Assembly: GCA_963813815.1 (NCBI GenBank)
Contig: CAWFAD010000016.1
Location: forward strand, 224,001-288,000
DNA length: 64,000 bases
Source: an uncultured bacterium
GTDB lineage: Bacteria > Krumholzibacteriota > Krumholzibacteriia > Krumholzibacteriales > Krumholzibacteriaceae
Direction of reading: 5' to 3'
Shown here: positions 29,180 to 38,571 of the stretch, piece by piece
Position numbering within the stretch: position 1 is the stretch's first letter
Layout: each line of letters starts with the position of its first letter
Made by a program: the position numbers and the translations under genes
Notes under the pieces: generated by a model
The model's input: only the letters and a program-made list of their open reading frames with translations
Databases searched by the model: none
What the model was told of the DNA's origin: nothing

Positions 29180-31105
29180 ATGAACGGCGGACGAAAGCTC
29201 ATCATCGGCACTTCCGGGCACGTCGATCACGGCAAAACCGAGATCGTCAAGGCGCTCACGGGCCGCGACACCGACCGGCTCCGCGAGGAGAAGGAGCGCG
29301 GCATCTCGATCGTGCTCGGGTTCGCGCCGATCGACCTCGGCGAGGGGATCACGGCGGCCGTCGTGGACGTGCCGGGGCACGAACGGTTCGTGAAAACGAT
29401 GGTCTCCGGCGCGGTGGGGATCGATCTCGCGCTGCTCGTCGTCGCCGCCGACGAGGGAGTCATGCCGCAAACGCTCGAGCACTTCGAGGTGCTGAGGCTT
29501 CTCGGCGTGCGGGGGCTCGTCGTCGCCGTCACGAAGATCGATCTCGCCGACGGGGAGCTCGTCGGGCTCGTCGAGGAAGAGATCGACGAGCTCGCGGCGG
29601 GGACGCCCTTCGCCGGCGCGCCCGTCGTCCGCACGTCGGCGGTGACGGGAGAGGGGCTCGAGGAGCTCCGCGCGCAGCTCCGCGCGCAGGCGATCGCCCT
29701 CGGGACGCGCGATACGGCGGATTTCTTCCGCATGCCCGTCGATCGGGCCTGGACGCGGAGCGGCATCGGCACGATCGTCACGGGAACGGCGTGGAGCGGC
29801 GAGGTCGCCAAGGGGGACGAGCTCGTCGTCGAGCCGCTCTCGCGCCCCGTGCGCGTGCGGGAGGTGCACAGCTTCGACCGCTCGGTCGAGACCGCCTCGG
29901 CCGGCATGCGCACGGCGCTCGCGCTGCACGGAATCAAGGTCGAGGATGCGGCGATCGGGAGCCAGGTGCTCGCGCCGAACAAGCTCGCGAGCACGCTCAT
30001 GCTGAACGTGCGCATCGAGGTGTCGAAGCTCGCCGGCGAGGACGTCAAGACGCGCCGGCGAATCCGCTTTCACCATGCCGCCTCCGAGATCATCGGCAGA
30101 ATCATCGCGCTCGAGGGGGGGGCGATTCCGGCGGGAGGCGCGGGGTACGCGCAGATTCGGCTCGAGAGGCCCGCGGTCGCCCGGCGCGGGGACCGCTTCA
30201 TCATACGATCGTATTCGCCGCAGCGGGTCATCGGCGGCGGCGTGGTCCTCGATCCGAATCCGCCGAAGTTCAGGCTGCACGACGCGGCGTCGACGCTCGC
30301 GCTGCTGCGCTCGCTCGACCGCGGGGAGGCCGGGGAGGCGGTGTCCGCGCTCGCGGCCTCGACCGCGGGGGCGGGGTTCCCCGCCGCCGCGCTCCCCCGG
30401 TACGGCATTCCGTCGGGAGCGGGGGAGGCGGTCGTCCGGTCGCTCGAGCGCGAGGGGCGGCTCGTCGCCATCGAAGGAAGGCTCTTCGAGGCCGGGGTCG
30501 CCTCGGCCGCGGAGCGGAGCCTCCTCGGGCTCATCCGGAAGGTATCGTCGGAGAACCCTCTTCTCTGGGGCGTCGATCGCGAGGAGCTCCGGGCGCGCTC
30601 TGGGCTAGCGGGGAGCCCTCTCTTCGACCATCTCATGGAACGGGGGCGCGCCGGCGGGACGCTCTTCTTCAAGGGAGGCCGCGTGAACGCCGGTGGCGGC
30701 GAGCGGCAGCTCTCCCCCGGCGATCGCGCGTCGCTCGAGAGGATCGAGGCGCGGATCCGCGAGGGGGGCTTCGCGTTCGCGACGAAGGCGGATCTCGCCG
30801 GGGCCGCGCCCGACGAGAAGCGCCTCGCCTCGTATCTTCACATTCTCGTCGAGCAGGGCGCGGTCGTGCGCATCGCCCCCGACGGCTACCTGCACGCCGA
30901 GCACTGGCGCCGCGTCCTCGACGAGGTCCGCGCGCGGCTCGTCTCGGGCGGGACGATCTCGGTCGGCGACTTCAAGGAGATCTTCGGCTTTTCGCGCAAG
31001 TTCGCCGTGCCCGTGCTCGAGCATCTCGATCGCGAGGGGTACACGCGCCGCGAGGGGGACGCCCGCGCGGCCGGCCCGAGGCTTGGATCAGGAGGCGAGT
31101 CATGA
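29180..31105 (+). CDS. selB: Selenocysteine-specific translation elongation factor
   Basis: [30 protein letters not shown]-terminal winged-helix SRKFAVPVLEHLD. Confidence 0.95.
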   Translation: MNGGRKLIIGTSGHVDHGKTEIVKALTGRDTDRLREEKERGISIVLGFAPIDLGEGITAAVVDVPGHERFVKTMVSGAVGIDLALLVVAADEGVMPQTLEHFEVLRLLGVRGLVVAVTKIDLADGELVGLVEEEIDELAAGTPFAGAPVVRTSAVTGEGLEELRAQLRAQAIALGTRDTADFFRMPVDRAWTRSGIGTIVTGTAWSGEVAKGDELVVEPLSRPVRVREVHSFDRSVETASAGMRTALALHGIKVEDAAIGSQVLAPNKLASTLMLNVRIEVSKLAGEDVKTRRRIRFHHAASEIIGRIIALEGGAIPAGGAGYAQIRLERPAVARRGDRFIIRSYSPQRVIGGGVVLDPNPPKFRLHDAASTLALLRSLDRGEAGEAVSALAASTAGAGFPAAALPRYGIPSGAGEAVVRSLEREGRLVAIEGRLFEAGVASAAERSLLGLIRKVSSENPLLWGVDREELRARSGLAGSPLFDHLMERGRAGGTLFFKGGRVNAGGGERQLSPGDRASLERIEARIREGGFAFATKADLAGAAPDEKRLASYLHILVEQGAVVRIAPDGYLHAEHWRRVLDEVRARLVSGGTISVGDFKEIFGFSRKFAVPVLEHLDREGYTRREGDARAAGPRLGSGGES

Positions 31106-32178
31106 GCGCTCTCGCGCCGCGCAGGCGAACGAGGCGCGTCGTGTACGGCGGCGTGGCCGTCGGCGGCGGCGCGCCCATCACGATTCAGTCGATGACGACC
31201 GTGCCCCCCTCCGATCTCCGGCGCACGATACGGGAGATACGCGCGCTCGAGCGCGCCGGGTGCGAGCTCGTTCGGGTCGCGGTAAAGGACGAAGCCGATC
31301 TCGCCGCGCTTCCCGCCGTGGTCGCGCGGAGCCGCATCCCCGTCGTCGCCGACGTTCATTTCGATTACCGGCTCGCCGTCGGCGCGGCCCGCGCCGGGGC
31401 GGCGGGGCTGCGCATCAATCCGGGGAATATCGGCTCCGCGGAGCGCGTGCGTCGCGTCGTCGACGCCGCGATCGCGGCGTCGATCCCCATTCGCGTGGGG
31501 GTCAACACGGGGAGCATCGAGCGCGACCTGCGGCCGCTCGCGAGGCGCGACCCCGCACGGGCGCTCTTCGAGAGCGCCGTGCGTTCGCGCCGGCTCGTCG
31601 AGGGCATGGGATTTCGGGATCTCGTTTTCAGCCTCAAATCCCCGGACGCGCTCGCGACCGTCGAGGCGAACCGGCTCTTCGCCGCGGAGAACGACTGTCC
31701 GCTGCACATCGGCGTGACGGAGGCCGGGCCCGCGGCGAGCGGCGCCGCGAAATCGGCGGTCGCCCTCACGCTCCTGCTCTGCGAGGGGATCGGCGATACG
31801 ATCCGCGTGTCGCTCTCCGGAGATCCGGTGCGCGAGATCCCGGTCGCCGCGGCGGTGCTCTCCGCGCTCGGCCTGCGGAAGGACATCCCCCGGATCGTGT
31901 CGTGTCCGACCTGCGGCCGCTCGTGGATCGACGTCGCCCGGCTGGCGGAGAGGCTCGAGCGCGAGATCGCCGGAACTCGATCCGGCGCCACGATCGCCGT
32001 CATGGGATGCGAGGTCAACGGCCCGGGCGAGGCGAGGGACGCCGATATCGGGCTCGCCGGGACGCGAGGCGGCGCGGTGCTCTTCCGGAAGGGTAAAATA
32101 ATTAAACGCCTCGAGGGGAACGTATCCGCCGAGTTCCTGCGCGAGGTTCGCAACTTCATGGGAATCAAGGAAAAATAA
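31102..32178 (+). CDS. ispG: 4-hydroxy-3-methylbut-2-en-1-yl diphosphate synthase
   Basis: IQSMT, ADVHFDY, RINPGNIG, HIGVTEAG, GDTIRVSL, SCPTCGR, MGCEVNGPGE. Confidence 0.96.
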   Translation: MSALAPRRRTRRVVYGGVAVGGGAPITIQSMTTVPPSDLRRTIREIRALERAGCELVRVAVKDEADLAALPAVVARSRIPVVADVHFDYRLAVGAARAGAAGLRINPGNIGSAERVRRVVDAAIAASIPIRVGVNTGSIERDLRPLARRDPARALFESAVRSRRLVEGMGFRDLVFSLKSPDALATVEANRLFAAENDCPLHIGVTEAGPAASGAAKSAVALTLLLCEGIGDTIRVSLSGDPVREIPVAAAVLSALGLRKDIPRIVSCPTCGRSWIDVARLAERLEREIAGTRSGATIAVMGCEVNGPGEARDADIGLAGTRGGAVLFRKGKIIKRLEGNVSAEFLREVRNFMGIKEK

Positions 32179-32350
32179 AGATTCCCCTCCCCCCGGCGGG
32201 AGAAAATATGTCTGGAAAAAATAGGTGAAACATGCTACCATCCCTCCAGATTATACGAGGGATAGAGAAATTGCCGCCACGGAGAGCCGCTTCTCGATAC
32301 CTCGAGGCGTTCGGTGTGCTCCCGCGGGGGAGAAAAGGAGGTCGCGCAGA

Positions 32351-32719
32351 ATGAAGGGCGGCAGATCGATCTTCGCGCTTCTCGCCGTCGTGATTATCCT
32401 GACCGCCGCTTCGACGCAGGCGCAGGACGAGTACCAGATCCCGATCAAAAAGGTCGTATCGACGGCGTCCGTGACGCCGCTCGTGACCTACGTCAAGCAC
32501 GTCGACATCCTCTACGCGTTCACCACGAACATCGCGATGAGCGCGAAGTTCGAAACGATCGACGCGACCCACGTGAAGCTCACGGTGAAACCGGTCATCG
32601 CGTACTCGTTCACCTTCTCGTTGGAGTGGAGCGGTTTTCCGCCCAACCTGCTCGATTACGCCGGCGGCGGTTCGGCTTCGTACATTCTGGATACGGAGAC
32701 GGGATACGCCGAGAAATAG
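32351..32719 (+). CDS. Hypothetical small secreted protein
   Basis: AAGGAGG RBS, Sec-type signal peptide ending TQA, host-like codon usage, beta-rich mature part. Confidence 0.75.
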   Translation: MKGGRSIFALLAVVIILTAASTQAQDEYQIPIKKVVSTASVTPLVTYVKHVDILYAFTTNIAMSAKFETIDATHVKLTVKPVIAYSFTFSLEWSGFPPNLLDYAGGGSASYILDTETGYAEK

Positions 32720-32757
32720 GCGGCCGGGCGAAGCAGGTTTCGCGCGACTGGCGTTCG

Positions 32758-34446
32758 TTAGTCCTCGCCGACCGAGTCGGGCATGCCCGGCTTCACGAAG
32801 ATAGTTTTTCCCCTTTGACATACCGCCGTGCCGGGCTTCGACTTTCTCGGTCTGCGAACGTGGCGTTTCTCCGCGTATATCACGGGGACCGTTTTCGAGT
32901 TTCTCGCCTTGCTGAAGGCCGCGGCGATCGCCGCGGCCTTTTCGATGACGGCGCCGGGGGTCGAACGGTGCGCCCCCTTGAGGATGACGTGCGAGCCCGG
33001 CACGTCCTGCGCGTGGAACCAGAGGTCGGTCGGCGCGGCGAACTCGTGCGTGAGAATGTCGTTCTCCTCGTCGCTGCGCCCCACGTAAACGGTGTGCCGT
33101 TCGTCGATCGGAATGCGCCGGAACCGCCGGGGCGGCTCCTCGCCGCCGCTTCGGGCCCGCGGCGCCGGATCGGCGGGCGCGAGCGGAACGAGATCCTCGA
33201 CGCTCCGGAGTTCCTCGATCCGCGCTATCTCGCGGCGGCGCTCCTCGAGGTCGCGCTCGACCGCGCTCGCGCGGGTCTTCATGATGAACGCGCCCTTCTC
33301 GCCCTTCTTCGCCTTGGTGAAGTAGTGGCGGATGTTGCGTTCCGGCGAGCGCGCCGGATCGAGCGGAATCGTGACCGTGCGCTCCCCCGAAAAATCCTTG
33401 ACGACGATCTCGCTCAGCCCCGTCCTGAGCAGGTGGCGGTGCGTCACGAGGAGATCGCCGAAATGGCGGTACTCGGACGATCGTCCGGCGTCGGCGAGGT
33501 CCCCCTTGAGATTCTCGCGAAGCCGCTCGAGGCGCTTCGCTTCTGCGCGGGCGCGCCGCGACGCGAGGCGACGCAGGTGCTCGACGTAACCCGGAACGAG
33601 GCTCTCGCGGGCGCGCGAGGCGAGCGCGTCCGCGAAACCCTCCGCTTGCTCCCCGCGTTCGGCTATCGGCAACTCGAGAGGATAGATCGACGGCGCGGTC
33701 GCTTCGGGGAAGCGGTACACGCGCCAGGACCACGGCCGTCCGGCGAGACGCGCGCCGATCTCCGCCGCGACGGCCCAGGCCCGTTCCGGATTTCCGCCGG
33801 CCTCGCGGACGATGGCGCGGGCGAGGACGGGATCGATTCCCGCCACCCGGCCGGCGAGCCCGTCGGCGAGCGATCGCGACGCGCTCCAACGCCGCGTGTG
33901 CTCGGGAGCCTCCGGTCCGGAGGGTCCGCCGAGGGCGAGCGCGGCGATCTCCCCGGGGATCTCGGCCGGGAGGGAAAGGAGCGAATAGGGCTTCGGCGGC
34001 AGCGTCCGCCCGGCCCCCGAACCCTTTCCCCGCTGCGGGCCGACCGAGGCGAAGAGCCGCTCGCCTCCCTCGTCGTACAGGGCGAGCGGGCGAACCGTCG
34101 GCGCGAGATCGATCCTGAGGAGGGCCGAACCGCTCGCCCCGAAACGCGCGGGAGGGGCGAGATCCACGAGGAGCACGCGCTCGAGATCGAGGGTCCGGAC
34201 GCCCTTCACCGCGCGTCCTTCCGCGGCGCTCAGCTCGCGGCGGGCGTACCGCTCGGGCGCGAGCGGCTCGGCGGAGAAGAAGATGTCCGGCTCTCGAAGG
34301 TGATAGAGAATATGACAGTGTGCGAGCTTCGCGCCGGTGAACGAGATCGTCGCCGCCGCCGGAAAGCCCGACACGGCGGCGACCGCGGCGCCGGAGAGAG
34401 AGGCGTCGAGCTCGGTCGCGAGGGCATATAGAGAGAGGCTGTTCAC
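32758..34446 (-). CDS. NFACT family / RqcH (FbpA-like) ribosome quality-control protein
   Basis: Coiled-coil region with NIRHYFTKAKK; NFACT-R motifs VYVGRSDEENDILT, DLWFHAQDVPGSHVI; GTG start at 34446. Confidence 0.9.
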   Translation of the reverse strand: MNSLSLYALATELDASLSGAAVAAVSGFPAAATISFTGAKLAHCHILYHLREPDIFFSAEPLAPERYARRELSAAEGRAVKGVRTLDLERVLLVDLAPPARFGASGSALLRIDLAPTVRPLALYDEGGERLFASVGPQRGKGSGAGRTLPPKPYSLLSLPAEIPGEIAALALGGPSGPEAPEHTRRWSASRSLADGLAGRVAGIDPVLARAIVREAGGNPERAWAVAAEIGARLAGRPWSWRVYRFPEATAPSIYPLELPIAERGEQAEGFADALASRARESLVPGYVEHLRRLASRRARAEAKRLERLRENLKGDLADAGRSSEYRHFGDLLVTHRHLLRTGLSEIVVKDFSGERTVTIPLDPARSPERNIRHYFTKAKKGEKGAFIMKTRASAVERDLEERRREIARIEELRSVEDLVPLAPADPAPRARSGGEEPPRRFRRIPIDERHTVYVGRSDEENDILTHEFAAPTDLWFHAQDVPGSHVILKGAHRSTPGAVIEKAAAIAAAFSKARNSKTVPVIYAEKRHVRRPRKSKPGTAVCQRGKTIFVKPGMPDSVGED

Positions 34447-34452
34447 GGACGA

Positions 34453-34481
34453 ATGATAGGGGGCGCCGAGCGCCCTGTCAA
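34453..34481 (-). promoter_or_regulatory. Sigma70 promoter of NFACT gene (leaderless-type)
   Basis: TTGACA-17 nt-TATCAT, 6 nt before the GTG. Confidence 0.65.
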
Positions 34482-34621
34482 ACCTCCATCGCGCTCCGGG
34501 GGCGAATTGTCGTTCCGTTTTGGCCGCGGACGTGCTACAGTCGCCGCACGCGGCCGGAGCGTGCGGCGATGCGGCGGATCCGTGCGGCCGCGGCCGTTCA
34601 CACTGCAAGGGGAGATTCCGT

Positions 34622-35497
34622 ATGATCGTCAGCATGACGGGTTTCGGTAAGGGGGAGGTGCGCGAGGGCGGAGGCTCCGTCACCGTTGAGGTGCGCACCG
34701 TCAATCACCGGTTCATCGACTGCTCGGTGCGAATGCCGCGCTCGCTCAACGGGTACGAGCGCGAGATCGAGAAGATCGTGCGCGGCGCCGTCAAGCGCGG
34801 GCACGTGTACGTGACGGTCGCCTTCGACAAGGGGATCGAGAACGAAGGATTCACGATCAACAAGGAGTTTCTGCGCCGTGTCTACCGGATGCTCACCGAT
34901 TTCGCGATCGAAGAGGGGATCCCGGGCAGGGTGGATATCGGCACGCTCATATCGCTTCCGGACGTTCTCTCGGCGAGCCTCGAGGGAGCGCTGCCCGAGA
35001 GCCTCTGGGAGCGCGTCCGCCGGGCGCTCGCGATCGCGCTCGAGCGATGCGGCGAGATGCGGCGGATCGAGGGGGAGGAGCTCGCTCGCGACATTTCCCG
35101 CCGGCTCGCGGCTCTCGACAAGGGCGTCGGGCGCATCGAGAAAAAAGCGCCGCCGGCCCTTCGGCGCTCGCTCGCCCGCGCGAAGTCGCGGCTGCGGCAG
35201 CTCCTCGACGGCAAGGACATCGAGGAGGCGCGCTGGCTGACCGAGGCCGCGCTCATGGCGGAGCGGATCGATTTCTCGGAGGAGCTCGTGCGCCTTCGGA
35301 GCCACCTCGCCCAGTTCCGCTCCGTTCTCGAGAAGGGCGGCGAGGTGTCGAAGAGCCTCACGTTCCTGCTTCAGGAGATACACCGCGAGGCGACGACCAC
35401 GGCGAACAAGGCGTCCGACGCCTCGATCATCGGCGAGTGTCTCGCCCTCAAGGACGGAGTCGAGAAGATCAGGGAGCAGATTCAGAATCTGGAGTGA
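34622..35497 (+). CDS. yicC: YicC/YloC family endoribonuclease
   Basis: SMTGFG, VNHRF, EELVRLRSH, QEIHREATT, EKIREQIQNLE; upstream of gmk. Confidence 0.93.
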   Translation: MIVSMTGFGKGEVREGGGSVTVEVRTVNHRFIDCSVRMPRSLNGYEREIEKIVRGAVKRGHVYVTVAFDKGIENEGFTINKEFLRRVYRMLTDFAIEEGIPGRVDIGTLISLPDVLSASLEGALPESLWERVRRALAIALERCGEMRRIEGEELARDISRRLAALDKGVGRIEKKAPPALRRSLARAKSRLRQLLDGKDIEEARWLTEAALMAERIDFSEELVRLRSHLAQFRSVLEKGGEVSKSLTFLLQEIHREATTTANKASDASIIGECLALKDGVEKIREQIQNLE

Positions 35498-35505
35498 GCC
35501 GCGCC

Positions 35506-36105
35506 ATGCCGTCGATATCGGTCTCGCGAACGCCCTTTCTCGTCGTCGTGTCGGGTCCGTCGGGAGCGGGCAAATCGACCGTCGTCGACCGCGTTCTCGA
35601 GCGCTCCTCCCGGCTCGTTGCTTCCGTGTCCGTTACGACGCGGCCCCCGAGGGGGGACGAGCGGGACGGCGTCGATTACTTTTTCGTGACGCGCGAGGAG
35701 TTCGAAAACCGCCGCGAAGCGGGGGCGTTTCTCGAGTGGGCCGAGGTTCACGGCAACCTCTACGGCACGCCGGTCTCATTCGTCAACCGCATGGTCGAAG
35801 AGGGAATGAACGTCATTCTCGAGATCGACGTGCAGGGGGGCATGCTCGTGCGGGACCGGTTTCCGGAGGCCGTGCTGGTCTTTCTCATGCCTCCCGGCCT
35901 CGATGTGCTGCGGGAGCGGCTCCGCGGCCGGGCGACGGACGGCGAGGATGTCATACGGCGCCGCCTCGACAACGCCGTCCGCGAGCTAACGTATTACACT
36001 AGATACGATTACATAGTGGTTAACGACGAAATAGAGCGGTGCGTGGACGATTGTGTGGCGATCATCAGGGCGGAGACGCTGCGCCGCGAGCGGACTAAAC
36101 TATAG
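35506..36105 (+). CDS. gmk: Guanylate kinase
   Basis: SGPSGAGKST, TTRPPR, GVDYFF, LEWAEVHGNLYGT, LEIDVQG. Confidence 0.96.
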   Translation: MPSISVSRTPFLVVVSGPSGAGKSTVVDRVLERSSRLVASVSVTTRPPRGDERDGVDYFFVTREEFENRREAGAFLEWAEVHGNLYGTPVSFVNRMVEEGMNVILEIDVQGGMLVRDRFPEAVLVFLMPPGLDVLRERLRGRATDGEDVIRRRLDNAVRELTYYTRYDYIVVNDEIERCVDDCVAIIRAETLRRERTKL

Positions 36106-36274
36106 ATAGGCGTCGCCAGATTGAGATTGCGCGAGGGCGCCCGATGTATTAGTATTTTGCCCCGGCCCGCGGGCCGGCCAGAGGGGAGCGAACCCCCGGC
36201 GAAAGCGCCTCATCACGGGTACAACTCGCGAAAAAACAAGGTGTTCGAGAGGGCAAAGGACGGGGTCGTAATCG

Positions 36275-36469
36275 ATGGAAAAAATTCTCGACATCATCAA
36301 AAACAGGTATGAAGCGGTGCGCGTCATGGCGAAAGAGGCGCGTCGCATCAACCAGATACTCGTCTCCTCCGGCGAGGAGATCGAGGAAAAGCCCACGACC
36401 GTCGCCATGAGGCGCGTCGTCAGCGGGAAAGTGAAGTACTCGTATGAGCAGCGAGAGGAGGAAGAGTAA
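36275..36469 (+). CDS. rpoZ: RNA polymerase omega subunit
   Basis: NRYEAV...AKEARRI, KPTTVAM; gmk-rpoZ-coaBC context. Confidence 0.82.
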   Translation: MEKILDIIKNRYEAVRVMAKEARRINQILVSSGEEIEEKPTTVAMRRVVSGKVKYSYEQREEEE

Positions 36470-37685
36470 CCACGGGGAAGGATTATCGGGCAAACGAATC
36501 CTTCTGGTGGTTACGGGCGGCATCGCCGCCTATAAGTCGGCGCTGCTCGTTCGTCTCCTCACCTGCGGCGGCGCCTCCGTGCGCGTGGTGATGAGCCGCG
36601 CGGCGGCGGAGTTCGTCACGCCGCTCACCTTCGAAGTTCTCTCCGGCAATCCCGTTCATACCGATCTCTTCGCCCGGCGCGACCGCCCGTCGGTCCAGCA
36701 CGTCGAGCTCTCCGCGTGGGCGGACCGCGTCGTCGTGGCCCCGGCGACCGCCGATATCATCGCGAAGGCGGCCCTCGGCGTCGCCGACGACATCGCGAGC
36801 ACGGTGCTGCTCGCCGCGCGCTCGCCGGTGCTCTTCGCTCCGGCGATGAACGAGGCGATGTGGATCTCGCCGCCCGTGCGGCGCAACGTCGAGTCGCTCC
36901 GCGCCGACGGCCGGATCATACTCGGCCCCGGAGCGGGGAGCCTCGCCTGCGGCGAGAGCGGACCGGGGCGGATGATGGAGCCGGAGGAGATCGTCCGCCG
37001 TCTCGGGGAGTCGTTGGCCCCCGGGGACCTCGCCGGGCGCGCCGTTCTCGTGACCGCGGGCCGCACCGAGGAAATGATCGACCCGGTGCGCTACCTCACG
37101 AACCGCTCTTCGGGGCGCATGGGATTCGCCGTGGCCCGCGAGGCCCGCGCGCGCGGCGCGCGCGTCGTTCTCGTCCATGGCGCGGTGGACGTGCCCGTGC
37201 CGGCCGTCGACGAGGCGGTGCGCGTGACGGACGCCGCGGACATGAAGCGCGCCGTCGCCAAGGCCTTCGGCGCCTGCGATATCTGCGTCATGGCGGCGGC
37301 CGTGTCGGATTTCACGCCGGCGAAACCGCTCGGCTCGAAGATAAAACGCGCGGGGGACGGGCTCGTTCTCGATCTGCGCGCGACGGAGGATATCCTCGGC
37401 TCGCTCGCGAAGCGCAAGGGACGGCGGATCGTCGTCGGCTTCGCCCTCGAGACGGAGAACGGCGAGGCGAACGCGCGGCGGAAGGCCCGCGCGAAGGGGT
37501 GCGATTACATGGTCCTCAACGAGCCCGGTCCCGACACGGGTTTCGCGTCGCCGACGAACCGGATCACCGTGTTCAAGGGCGCGCGGAAGCTCTTCGAGAC
37601 CCCCGTCGTGTCGAAGGAAGAGGCGGCCCGCCTCATCCTCGACGCGCTCGCCGGGGACCGGCGCCTCGGAAACCGGGGACGGTAG
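36444..37685 (+). CDS. coaBC: Phosphopantothenoylcysteine decarboxylase / phosphopantothenate-cysteine ligase
   Basis: TGGIAAYK, APATAD, PAMN, LACG, IDPVRYLTNRSSGRMG, AAVSDF, GFALET. Confidence 0.96.
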   Translation: MSSERRKSNHGEGLSGKRILLVVTGGIAAYKSALLVRLLTCGGASVRVVMSRAAAEFVTPLTFEVLSGNPVHTDLFARRDRPSVQHVELSAWADRVVVAPATADIIAKAALGVADDIASTVLLAARSPVLFAPAMNEAMWISPPVRRNVESLRADGRIILGPGAGSLACGESGPGRMMEPEEIVRRLGESLAPGDLAGRAVLVTAGRTEEMIDPVRYLTNRSSGRMGFAVAREARARGARVVLVHGAVDVPVPAVDEAVRVTDAADMKRAVAKAFGACDICVMAAAVSDFTPAKPLGSKIKRAGDGLVLDLRATEDILGSLAKRKGRRIVVGFALETENGEANARRKARAKGCDYMVLNEPGPDTGFASPTNRITVFKGARKLFETPVVSKEEAARLILDALAGDRRLGNRGR

Positions 37686-37686
37686 C

Positions 37687-38571
37687 ATGGCGGAGGACGC
37701 CCGGGGCGGCATCAGGCGCTATCTCGAGCGCCGGCGCGCGAGCGGGGTCGAGGTGCTCTACCGCGCGGCGGCGCCTTTCCCGGCGCCTCCCGATGCGCCG
37801 CGCGCGGAGCCTTCCGAGGTCCGCTCGCCCGGATCGGCCGCGCCACCCGCGCCGGCCGCGCCGCCCGGGGGAATACCGGTCGTGACCTCTCCCGCCTCGC
37901 CCTCCGGCGAGGAGCGGTCGATACGCTTCTCGCGGGAGAGCGCCGCCGCCCCCCAGAGCTCGCTCTTCGGCGAGCCGGCGCCCGCGGAGCGGTTCGAGCC
38001 GGACGCGGCCGATCTCGATTCCCTCGAGCGGCTCGTCGCCTCCTGCCGCCGGTGCGGGCTCTGCGACGGACGAACGCGGACCGTCTTCGGGAGCGGTTCG
38101 CGGTCGGCGAAGATCGTCTTCATCGGCGAAGCGCCCGGCCGCGAGGAGGATCTGCAGGGGCTGCCGTTCGTGGGGCGCGCGGGGCAGCTCCTCACGAAGA
38201 TGCTCGCGGCGGTGGGATTCACGAGAGAAGAGGTGTACATCACGAACATTTTGAAATGCCGGCCGCCGAATAACCGCGACCCGCAGGAGGACGAGATGAG
38301 CTCGTGCGAACCGTACCTCGCGCGCCAGCTCGAGATCATCCGCCCGGCCGTGATCTGCGCGCTCGGGCGCGTCGCGGCCCACGGCCTCCTCAAAAAAGGG
38401 ACGTCGCTCTCGTTTCTCCGGCGGGCCGTGCATTACTACAACGACATACCGGTCGCCGTCACCTATCACCCGGCCGCGCTCCTCAGGAATCCGAACCTGA
38501 AGCGCGACGCATGGGAGGATCTGCAGGCGATGCGGCGGCTCTACGATGAGCGGATAAGGGAGGATGGATGA
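37687..38571 (+). CDS. Uracil-DNA glycosylase family 4 (4Fe-4S)
   Basis: CRRCGLC, GEAPG, PFVGRAGQLL, KCRPPNNR, YHPAALL; Pro/Ala-rich N-terminal linker. Confidence 0.93.
   Translation: MAEDARGGIRRYLERRRASGVEVLYRAAAPFPAPPDAPRAEPSEVRSPGSAAPPAPAAPPGGIPVVTSPASPSGEERSIRFSRESAAAPQSSLFGEPAPAERFEPDAADLDSLERLVASCRRCGLCDGRTRTVFGSGSRSAKIVFIGEAPGREEDLQGLPFVGRAGQLLTKMLAAVGFTREEVYITNILKCRPPNNRDPQEDEMSSCEPYLARQLEIIRPAVICALGRVAAHGLLKKGTSLSFLRRAVHYYNDIPVAVTYHPAALLRNPNLKRDAWEDLQAMRRLYDERIREDG

Noticed and set aside
36241..36280. Possible frameshifted 5' extension of rpoZ (GTG at 36241)
   Set aside because: ATG 36275 already gives a plausible omega with a purine-rich upstream sequence; no independent sign of an indel.
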